Origin: Bilabrum cf. latius
Taxonomy: Eukaryota
Direction: 5' to 3'
Assembly (NCBI GenBank): GCA_965178125.1
Contig: OZ237763.1
Location: 310,001-374,000 of the forward strand
DNA length: 64,000 nt
The position numbers and the translations under genes are program-made. Positions 54,701 to 64,000 of the stretch are shown piece after piece. The notes under the pieces are model-generated. The model was not told where the DNA came from, did no database searches, and was given only the letters and a program-made list of their open reading frames with translations. How positions within the stretch are numbered: the first letter of the stretch is position 1; each line of letters starts with the position of its first letter.

Positions 54701-56455
54701 AGGGTCGGCTCCAAATCTCTAGTCAGGTACTGTGGGGCTGAAGACCAGCCCACCTTCTAGCGCGCTTATCTTCTGGTAGGTCTTGACCGTGCCGTTCCGA
54801 TGCATGAACATGATCATGAACGACCCGCTGTTTGACTGATCGTCATCATCGCCGAAAATATGCACTGCAATGTCCTGCACCCCATCCCCGTCCACATCGC
54901 CGATGGAGGATAGCGATTCACCCATAGTATCATCGTCCACAAGCACGCCATCGGGCAGTCCGCCCACTCCGCTGGCAATCTTCTACACCCTAACAGGAAC
55001 CCCAGCAGCAGCTGGCGCAGCCGAAGGTGAAGGACTCGGGAGAACGCCGCCCATGAGCGTTACAAAAATGGCCCCGCGGTTCTCCCCTCCCATATCGTGG
55101 AAAGATTGCGTCAGGATGAGGTCGGTGCGGCCATCGCCATTGATGTCACCGATCCCAGTGCCTGCTCCTAAATAGTCTCCGCTCGTGGCCTTTCCCATCA
55201 GTTGCGACCACACGAAGCGGCGAAGATCACGAACTGGGTCTACAGAGGGATCATCGTTCATGTACAGTATGTAGGCAGCCCCATTTGAGCCCTGATAAAA
55301 CGGTGAGCCGACTAGCAAGTCATCAATGCCATCGCCATCCATGTCTCCTGGGTTGGATACAGTAGAACCAAAATCACCGCTAAATGACCCAGATGGCACA
55401 CCACCTGACACCGGAAGGCCGCCAGAGTTACTCTTGATAACTGAAATGGTGCCCCCGACGCTTCCGTTAGCAGCTAAAGGCACCAATAGGATAGTGTTGG
55501 ACTTCTTTACGCCCACCACTAGATCAACGGGGTGGCTCAGAGGATCGCGAGGAGGTAGTGCAGTGAGGCTGCTGCCGACTTGAGTAATGGCCGGGACCAC
55601 GGTGTCAAGACCCATTCCCGGGGCCTGGGATAAGACCACGTGCTCGCGAACCGTGTCATTCCCGTGCATTAGTAGTACAAACACGCCACCATTGAGCGTT
55701 CCACCCAGGTTTGCCTGAGGGACCCCGACTGCCATGTCGTTCAGTCCATCGCCGTTGATATCCTTCACCTGGGTGGTGATACCAGCGCCAAACTAATAGT
55801 TTGCCCCAAGGGTACCACTGGGCAGTCCACCCGCACCATTGTGGATCTCAGTCTGGAGCAGCACTGTTGCGTTCGGTGACATCCGGAGTACATACAAGCG
55901 GCCTGCGTTGCCGGCATCCAGGTCGTTGCCCGGCTCCCCCACGACCATCCGAGGGAGATGGCCTTCTTCTCCATTCGGCTGATCCAAGCGAGATGGCTCT
56001 GCCCCTAGCTGATCGTTGTTTCCTCCAGCGCAGCTCAAGCCGTTCCCACACCGAATCTCGCGGTATTCCCTGACAGTGCCGTTCCGGTGAAGGAAAAACA
56101 CCAACACCGCGCCTGCGTTGGTATCTGGCAAGTCGGAGAAGTGGTACCCGACCGCTACTTCATGCACACCATCGCCGTCGAGATCCCCCATGTCGCCCAC
56201 GTACGTGCCAAACTATCCGTAGTTAGACAAGCTGTTGGACGGGAGCCCGCCCACCCCGTCTGCTATCCTCGTGACGCCTGCGATGTTCCCGACTGCTGCA
56301 GGGCTGGGCGAGCAACTGGGGGTCACGGATGGCGTCGGGCTTGGAGATTCAGCGACTAGCAGTCTGTCCATGTGGGCGCCCACATCTGGCTCAACAGCGG
56401 CAGCGTGCCACAACAGTGCGCTGCATCCCATTACCAACAGCACAAGACTTGGCAT
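39752..56455 (-). CDS. Polycystin-1 (PKD1/REJ)-like giant receptor, ~5,567 aa, apparently single exon: signal peptide, many FG-GAP repeats with Ser/Pro/Thr linkers, Ig/Calx-beta-like modules, REJ-like region, EGF-like domain, GPS motif, ~9 TM helices
   Basis: About twenty ORF fragments from 56213 to 39752 share one frame. I counted about 46 in-frame TAGs and no TAA or TGA in the gaps read. ATG at 56455 begins MPSLVLLVMGCSALLWHAAA. Motifs: GDLDGDG FG-GAP loops; LDGTSSADLD...IQWDC and NAPPSSGHLEV...AVGWTD...LPLSFRFGY (REJ-like); CSGHGSC...CTCSSGWHGRAC (EGF); CATTHLSDF (GPS); HMWGSIF...TRPQRL and YGILF...SWVIASLVSFAIDIVLQEPL (polycystin-1 TM-region motifs). Stop codon is TGA at 39752-39754. Confidence 0.85.
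50904..53757. repeat. Near-perfect 1,413-bp (471-codon) intragenic tandem duplication of an FG-GAP propeller module
   Basis: Sequence starting at 50904 recurs at 52317, and briefly at 53730. ORF-track pairs are offset by exactly 1413 (51428/52841, 51460/52873, 51262/52675). Only a few substitutions separate the copies. Confidence 0.95.
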
Positions 56456-59221
56456 GGCAATGGTGTCGTTGCGACCTTTGGTAGAGCTGCTGCAAGTTGC
56501 CAATAGGCTATTCATCCTAATCTCTGGTGGACCGTGTAACCCTAGGTGTTGCGCGGATCCTATGTCTACTGCGGTGGATACGACGGTCAATCGGGCATGG
56601 CTCGAATACAGGTCGGGTACTGCAACGCACAACTTTGCCGCGCCAAGCTTAGATCCATACAAATCAATAATGCACAGAAGGACGACGACAGCGGATATAC
56701 GGCGGGAAATGGGGTAACGTACAGCCTTTTGCTAAGGTCGCGGCGATGGTTGACCACACACTGCATGCAAAATGATAACCTCCGGTCATCAATTGAGCTC
56801 ATAGAAGGTGGAAAATAATAACACCAAATGAATGATCACCACGGTCTTTATTGTGAATCAACAACAACCTTGAGTTGCATTCGACTATGTGCCGAATCCC
56901 TCAAAATGTGGGTTATCGGCCTAATTTCGATAAGTGGGGGCTAAAACCGCACGATCGCATGGATTATCTACACAATAGCATATTTGTCTCACTAAAACGA
57001 TTAATGAGCGCCGCGTGATCCTGTATCAGGACAGCTATAGGCTCCAAGAGTTGACTGACAACAGGTCGATATCGTTTGTGAAATTTGTTGAAAGTGTCGA
57101 CACGCCCTCCTGTACCGGGTGCGCAAGTACAAATATCTGTAGTGAAACTATCTTTTAGGGCAAACCCCCAACTGTTCCTCTGTACCTGCACCAGGGAATT
57201 GCGAGGGAAACCCTGGTGAAGCTAGAAGCTGTGATCTTCATCTTCTCAATTGTGTCCATTCGACTAATCACGATTGTTGATGAATTTGTGTAGCAATGCT
57301 CATTCCCTAGCCAAATTATACGTGTCAGCAGCGATCTCAAGTGTGTGCGCTGCGCTTGCTCTCCCAGTGGTAAGCGCAAAGCTTCTTATGCTCCCTACCC
57401 AGCATGGGACACTGGCAGCCGCACTGCAACATTTTGCGACCATGAGCACCGCACCAAACGTCGCACGTGCTGGCTTGCCGCGAGGCAAAAACGTTTCCTC
57501 TAACAAGCTACCCACAAACTCACGCGTGCACTGACCTGCTCAGGCTGTGCTCCTTCTATTACACGCGCGCGGCTTGCTGCCAGATGTTGGCTTCGAAACC
57601 TCCCAGCTGCTGCCGAACGTGCGTTGGCGGTACCTGGCTGTTCCTATCGCTTGGCCACAGAATGTGAAGCACCCGGGGTGAATTACAGCTACGGATCGGC
57701 CGACCTGCCATGATTCACACGATGCTGAGGCTCAGTAGCCACTACCGCATCGTGGGCTGGCACAGAGTCCTTGCGCCAAGCCATGCCTGGAGTGCGGAAC
57801 AGCCTGATGTCTCGGCTGCTCACGTCCATTCACTTGAGCCGGCTGTCCAAGTTGACGCTGACGTAGTTTGTACACCGCTCAATACCAGCGTTGCGCCACG
57901 GGCTGCAGGCTAGTCTGCACTCGCTGCTGTCGGTGTCACCCGCGCTGCCTTCAGCCGCATGGCCACCCCCATGGGGTGGGCCCGGCGACAGCCGCACCGG
58001 AATTTCGCCCCTGCAGTCCCGCCACCGGCAGCCATTCCTTTTCTAATTCATTGTCATCATTGATACCAGGCGGAATTCTAGTAGTGCTCTTGGGTTGCCT
58101 CTCAGGCTTGTGCTTAGTCAAGCAGCCATCCTAGCACAGTATCCTCGCATAGACGACGAGCCCACCAGCAAAGAAGCCACCCGTGTGAGAAAAGCAAGGT
58201 CGCTCTATCAATCATACGCAGGCGGGCGATTTGTCCCTTGCACTAGAACAATTGCTCCAGCGTTGCCCCGTTCGCACAGGGACCTAACCAGCTGGAGCGG
58301 CGGATTCTCTCAAGAGATAGTCTCGACTGGAAACGGTAAGACCTGGGGTCAGGCATGGCTGATTCCGAGTCATGTGGGTCCTGGTTTGTGTTCCCGAACC
58401 CTAGCGCAGCAGTCGATGCGTTGCGGCTGGCGCCGCGTACATCATGCCACTGGCAGCGGCAACAGAAAATCCTCCTGCCCCCGGCCCCGCGGACTCACTG
58501 GGCTTCACCCCGAACGACTGGTTTTTCCCCGGTCCATCTGAATGTGGTATTCCATTTATACTACAAATGTACGCACAACTTTCCCAGTTTTTGCAAGAGG
58601 TCCTTTGTAGCGTGTTGAACTTTCCCAGTACACGTGCAGCACGTCGACTGGCCTCGTCGCTGCATGGCTTCCTGTTCCCGTTCCCCGCCCTAAGGTCATT
58701 GTGCGCTGTTCCCTGCATCGCCACTATGACCCTTTCCTCCCAGCTTGCACGTGCCGGTCCTGGCCAACCTGCCATGCGTTCCATCCATCCACCTGCCTGT
58801 TGGCCTCTTCTGCGCGCCGCAACCCGCTGCCACTCGCGTCTCCCTTGTGCCTGGCACCTGGAGCCGCCTCCCTCCCGTTGTGTTCTCCCTATTGACACCG
58901 AACTGTCGTCGCCTGTGCTGGTGGCCCCTCTTGTTCCTCTCTGCCTCGTCGTCGCCCATCTCGCTTCAACCAAGTACATATTGCATGAACGGAGCACCTG
59001 ACCACGGTCGCACATCAGCATAGAACAGTTATAGAATACGTATTGTATGTGCTTTTATTGTTGAATGGGTGCTTTGTAGGCGAGATCAGGGGTGTGTGCC
59101 GTCCACGTGCGGGGTCAGAGCAATGCAGTGCAGTCAGGTTTTGTTGTGTGTGGTTTCTTATTTACGGGTTGGTCGGTGGGGTCGTCATCCACCAACTGTT
59201 CACAGCAAATTCACCGAAGCT

Positions 59222-62200
59222 ATGAACCTGTTCGCTTCTATCGGTGCCGCAACGACCATTCTTGCGTCATCATGCTATGCGTTGGACATTGCGCGATTCG
59301 ACTTTGAGCTTCCAACATCGGAGGCTGGCTGGACTGCAAGCTTCAACTACTATGACTTAAATCGCGCCCCACTGTCGTTTCAACCGGCACTGGCTATTGC
59401 ATCTACCCAAATGGGTTACTATAGCTCATTTTCAGTCGTTGGTGAAGGCATTGAGCAGGCATTTATCCCGGCAACTTCGCTGGCAGTCGTGGCGCAGCCC
59501 AATATGACATTCGAAGGGGCTGACGGCCCGTCTAGTGGCAGTTCTATCGGCGAAAAGAATATGGTTGCAAGCCCAAATGGGCGATATGTAGCCGTGTGGT
59601 CGAAAGTGCCTGCGTCCTTGTCAGGTTTGGATGCGCAGCACTTCGGCTTGTTCGACTCCCAAGGGAGAAGTGCTGCTCGATTCGGTAACAACGCCATTGG
59701 CGAGGGCAGCTGGCCAGCAGGATACTCCAACAGCGTCTCCGGTAAATATGGGGTTCCAACGTGGCTAAGTAATAACGTCGTGTGCCATTCACTGCAGTTC
59801 AACCTGCCTGGGGGCCAGACTGGCTACCGGGTGGGATGCTGGGACCAGCGTCTCCCCGCAGGCAGCCAGCTCGTCATCGTGGGCAACTCCACGGACGCGG
59901 AGGGACTCGTGGCCATGGGCACTGACAATCGCATGTGCATGACGGCGAGGCCGCACGCCTCCGCGCACGGCAGGGAGTACTACTGCATTGACATGAGCAC
60001 TCCCTCTGCAGACCCGGTCGCCTTCCTCGTCGCTGATTTGTTCCCCGGGCCCAGCTCCAGCGTGTCGTCGACGTTTTACCAATACGCTCTCCCCGCCGGT
60101 GAGGACCACGTTTGCATGGATTTCGAGCGGCGATCCGGCAACCGGAACTACTTCACCGAGATGGGTTGCTACCAGTGGTCCACTGGGCGCTTCATCATCA
60201 GCGACCTGTTCGTTGGCAGCAACAAGAGGGAATACCGCGGGTTCGTCAGCGGCATGTTCATCTACGGCTGCATCCCTGGACAACAAAAGCTGTGCGCGAT
60301 GAACCTCACCACCGGTAACACCACGCAGATGGTGGTGCAGCACCCCGCCAACGTCGGCACATCGGACAGGCTCAACAACGAGGCCTTCATGCTGGGCGAC
60401 GTAGTCCTGGCGCCCTACGACAAGCGGCCGGGGAACTCCATCCGGATGGCAGTGTGGGTACCCTCCGCTGGTAGCGACTCGTACGATCTCGCGAACGGCA
60501 CCGGCCGGGAGCGAGAGAACAGCTTCGTCACGGCATCCGCGCGACTCGGCGGGCAGCGCATCCTCTTCGGGCTGGGGAACTTCTTCAGCGGCACCGAACC
60601 CAACCGAGCGGTGGTGGTGGACTGCAGTGACCCATAGGACGTCAGGCTGCTGCCTATCGCTGGCTCGTGGGAGTCTGCCCTGGACCAGCCGGGCCAAAGC
60701 ATTGAGTGGGAAGACGCGGTTGCCCTGCCGGGGGTGGGCCCGGGAGGCGAGACCGGCGCTGTTCTGGTGAGCAGTGTGTCCATGTTCTTCTGGAACGGCG
60801 ATGTGGCTGAGGCCGGCATCACCCTGGCCCACGGAGAGATCAACGTCGTGCTACCAGTGGGTCCCTTCGGCGGAACTCCTGAAGGTATACTCTACGGGAT
60901 AAGGAACAGCTACAATACCTTCGAGCTGACCACCGTGGAACTGCCCGACCCAGTTGCGTTGCAGGCTCGCACGCCGCAGACTGTGGATCCAAGCGGGGGC
61001 ACGCTGAGCACTAGCAGCAACTGGGGCAGAGCAACCCCGCCGCTGGTCAGCAAACCGGATGGCCAGCTGTGCTACACCAAGATTTCCGTGGCAAATGGTG
61101 GCAGAGACAATATGTGCTTCGATCCAGTGTCCCTGGCTGCAAACACCTCCGGTGATATGCCAGCCTCTCCGTACGAGCGTGCATCGACCCAGGAGTTTGA
61201 CACCGATTTGGTCGAGTCCACGTTTTTCGTGGTGTCGAGCTTGCCAGGAGCTTCCGTGATGCTGGTAGACGTAGATGGCGACGATCGCTTGTACTTCTTT
61301 GATGGCTCTCACCGGCCGTACATGCTGGGTCCGATTGACCCAGACCGCCGCGACGAGATCGAAGAGGATGACAATCCACCCGCTGTTGTAAACGGAGGCC
61401 GGTACCTGTGCTTCAAGCACGCGGGGCGACTTCCTGAAGACGAGGAAATGGTCATGTACGACATGCACACGCACAACTGGACCGTGTCTGACATCACGCC
61501 GGGCGATGACACGTACACCTTCGGCATGTTTACCGCATTCGACCGCTACTGCATCTTCCAAGCAGAGCACCCCACCTCAGGCGGGGAGTGGTTCTACTGG
61601 GACTCCATGGACAGAGAGGCAGGACCGCAGCTGCTTGAGTCCTTCAGCGGCAGCGACGGGGTGTATCTAAACGTCCTCGACAAGGGCAAGATTGCGACCA
61701 CAGAGACCGCCTCGACCTGGTCCATCGTGTACAACTCCTACGATGATGACAAGGAGTGGGTCGTGGTGCTGGAGAGGCAGGCAGACGGCAGTCTGGCACT
61801 GACGCACTCTGCAGCCATCAGCGACGCCGAGTTCTCGATGGCTGTGCCTTTGCCTGGCAGCAACCAGACTGTGCTCACGTACACGGGCGGCAACCCACAA
61901 TAGCTGCGGGTGCTCAACTCGACCATGGGTGGCGGAGAGCTGGTCGACATCTCTGCACCGAGCGGAATGGAGGTCGACGAAGTCTCCGGCTACAATTCGA
62001 CCCACCTTGCCGCCTTGATGACCAACTCCACCAACAGCGATGCAACTGAGATGGTCTGCCTTATCAACGTCGCCACAGGGGCCTGCGACCTGCAGCTGGG
62101 ACCAGTGCTGGGGAACAGCGCCACTGGACTCACTGCCGTGCACAACGGATACATCTGCCTGCAGACCTCCCCTGATTCCTCTCACATCTACTCCCGGGAC

Positions 62201-63286
62201 CTGGCCTGCTGGCCCGGGCGCGGCAACCGCATCATCACGATGGACGTGGTACCAGAGGGCCCCGTGGAGGACTGGCAGGAGATCGAGGGAATCATGGGGC
62301 GATTCGACGAGCAGGAGGGAGTGATTGTTTCCATGAAGCACCCGATCTACGACGAGGGCCTCTACTTTGTGCAGCTGGTCGCCCCCTCACCGAGCCCTTC
62401 TCCCACCCCATCGAGCAGCCCCACGCCATCCGCGACTCCAAGCCCATCACCAACGCCGAGCGTCAGCAGCAGCCCCAGCACCTCGCCCACGCCGAGTGTC
62501 AGCAGCAGCCCCAGCACCTCGCCCACGCCGAGTGTCAGCAGCAGCCCCAGCACCTCGCCCGTGCCCAGCCCATCAACGAGCGAGCTTCCGGCAGCAGCCG
62601 TCAGCACGGTACCGCGCGGTAGACGCAAGGGCAGTACCCCTGCAAGTTCCTCCTCTACGTGCGCCCAAGGAGCCTCCGTGGAGACCTCGCAGCTGCTTCT
62701 GCAGACTACCGTGTCGGTGGCTGACGCCACGGCAGCCGAGGTGGGCTGCGACAACGCAGCGACGGTCGTGGCCGCCGCTGCTGCCGCTGCCAGCATCCGA
62801 GTCGACGAGGTGACCTACTGGCTGCAGAGTACCGAGTCCGGGGGCACCGAGCTGGTGCTGCAGATACCCGTGGAGACCAGGGAACAAGGGGAGCTGATCC
62901 TGCAGGGGATCGAGACGGTGCTGGGTGACCCGGCGCAGACTGCGGCGCTGCTGGATTCAGCTCCCGCTGGGGCCTCTGTGTCTGCGTGGGACCGCAGCGA
63001 CGGGGACACGACGGCCATTCTGGACTCGCCGTACCTGGAGGACGGGGAGGACGACGATGGGCTTGATCTATGGATCATCGTGGTGATCGCTGTGGTGGGG
63101 GCTCTGGTTGTAGGCGGGGGACTTATGGCATGGTGCTGCTGCTGCGGAGGAGGAGCGTCCAGGGCCAAGGTGCATAAAGATGAGAATGCAAAGAACAAGG
63201 GCGATGCCAGTGGGAAGAGGCAGGCAGGGGCCCCGGCTGGGGGAGCGGCTTGGACTGGCGCTGGTGCTGGGGCGCAGGCCGTGTGA
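59222..63286 (+). CDS. Type I membrane protein (~1,354 aa): signal peptide, Cys-containing beta-propeller repeats resembling ELWxxDGT repeats, Ser/Pro/Thr stalk, single TM helix, Cys4 motif, short tail
   Basis: ORFs 59069, 60734 and 61910 are in one frame joined by TAG at 60635 and 61901. ATG at 59222 begins MNLFASIGAATTILASSCYA. Repeats include HGREYYCID...LVADLFPGPSSS, VSDITPGDD and FQAEHPTSGGEWFYWD. The TM segment WIIVVIAVVGALVVGGGLMAW is followed by CCCC. Stop codon is TGA. Confidence 0.8.
62452..62559 (+). repeat. 36-bp coding tandem repeat x3 (PTPSVSSSPSTS) in the mucin-like stalk
   Basis: acgccgagYgtcagcagcagccccagcacctcgccc occurs three times in tandem. Confidence 0.85.
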
Positions 63287-63634
63287 GCGCATTGCATGTG
63301 GCCAAGACTAGAAAGGGCTAGGCCAGGCGGGCCTAAGAGGCTTTTCTTTTTGGGTTTAATCTCCGTGGTGACCATACTCTCGGGTGCACAATATGAGCAC
63401 CTGCGGCTTGATGGCCTACTCAGCAGTGCATGGCCTTGTTGCTAAAACTTAACAATCTCTACCAACTTGCGTGGTGCTTGCGTAAGCCGTGCGCCACTTT
63501 TTCCTTTGGGTCGCGGTCTTCCGTCAACCACACACAAGGGCCTGAGGGTTTGACCGCCTTGTTGATTCACCCTGCGATACATACATGCAGTCATGCACAA
63601 GTTGACGAATAAATTTAACCATTCATTCTATCTA

Positions 63635-63991
63635 TCATTTCCCATCCTCCCCGTCCTGCTTGCCCCCGTCCTCCCCCTTCCCTTCGTCCATGCCCAGCGC
63701 AGAGCTCACCGCCTCTGAGGTCGCGTCCATCGCCCCGGCCAGGCCCTCCCGTCGCACCTCCTTCCCCTCCGGTACGATAGCCTTTGCTGCCGATTCGCGA
63801 GTGGCGTCCGACTGCTCCTTGGTGTAGTCTGCCGCGTCGGAGGCAGTCTGAGCCACGGCGTTGTACGCGTCGGAAGCGGCCTGGCCCACGGCGCTGCCTA
63901 CTTCGCTGACTGCACCCGATGCCTTGTCAGCGGCGCCTTCAGCGTGCTGCATGGTTTTACTTTTAGTGTCATGGTCTGATGCGGAAGCCAT
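63635..63991 (-). CDS. Small hydrophilic Ala/Glu/Asp/Lys-rich protein (118 aa), LEA/stress-protein-like
   Basis: Clean ATG-to-TGA ORF with GC3-rich codons and internal repeats (AVGQAASDAYNAVAQTASDAADY). An AT-rich 3' flank follows. The family call is based on composition only. Confidence 0.6.
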   Translation of the reverse strand: MASASDHDTKSKTMQHAEGAADKASGAVSEVGSAVGQAASDAYNAVAQTASDAADYTKEQSDATRESAAKAIVPEGKEVRREGLAGAMDATSEAVSSALGMDEGKGEDGGKQDGEDGK

Positions 63992-64000
63992 GATGTGTGG

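Noticed and set aside
24326-56455. Apparent 'ciliopathy cluster' (NPHP4 near a PKD1-like gene and a TIG-rich giant protein)
   Set aside because: Unrelated genes are interspersed, and large surface-protein families are common in protists. Proximity alone does not support functional clustering.
56456-59221. 2.8-kb region between the divergent PKD1-like and propeller genes, with several short ORFs (e.g. 58401-59021 -, 58444-59001 +, 56964-57379 -)
   Set aside because: I could not build a coherent frame, splice model or protein motif in the frames I tried with TAG as sense. I saw no terminal repeats or tRNA fold.
362-62887. Long antisense or alternative-frame ORFs (e.g. 3614-4627 +, 7837-9081 +, 19877-21169 +, 30644-32074 -, 40884-41966 +, 51594-52916 +, 59789-60832 -)
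   Set aside because: They are shadows of the real GC-rich coding frames, have no recognisable motifs and overlap better-supported genes.
1-63286. Interpretation as a field of pseudogenes or RIP/deamination-damaged genes
   Set aside because: C-to-T damage would also turn CAA into TAA and CGA into TGA, and decay would bring frameshifts. Only TAG is seen, frames stay intact for up to 16.7 kb, and conserved genes are affected.

Overview
GC-rich, gene-dense eukaryotic (protist) nuclear DNA with short GT-AG spliceosomal introns. The protein repertoire resembles heterotrophic stramenopiles such as Cafeteria-like bicosoecids, but that taxon call is an inference. The main result is a non-standard genetic code. 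The fragmented ORF track collapses into nine genes once TAG is read as a sense codon. I counted about 100 in-frame TAG codons by hand in about 18,000 codons. There is no in-frame TGA, and the only in-frame TAA is created by a 2-bp indel. All eight gene ends visible in the window are TGA. TAG occupies CAG/Gln positions in a poly-Gln tract (26361-26384) and in a TPR repeat (35511-35519), so UAG=Gln, apparently decoupled from UAA. The genes are: a >3,500-aa FG-GAP plus IPT/TIG surface protein (runs off the left edge), the NEDD8 E2 UBC12, an ankyrin-repeat gene with one repeat per exon, HEATR6, an enlarged NPHP4, a Clu-domain/TPR protein with a frameshift, a ~5,570-aa single-exon FG-GAP/REJ/EGF/GPS polycystin-1-like receptor, an ELWxxDGT-like beta-propeller membrane protein and a small LEA-like protein. 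I found no tRNA, rRNA, CRISPR array or recognisable transposon.
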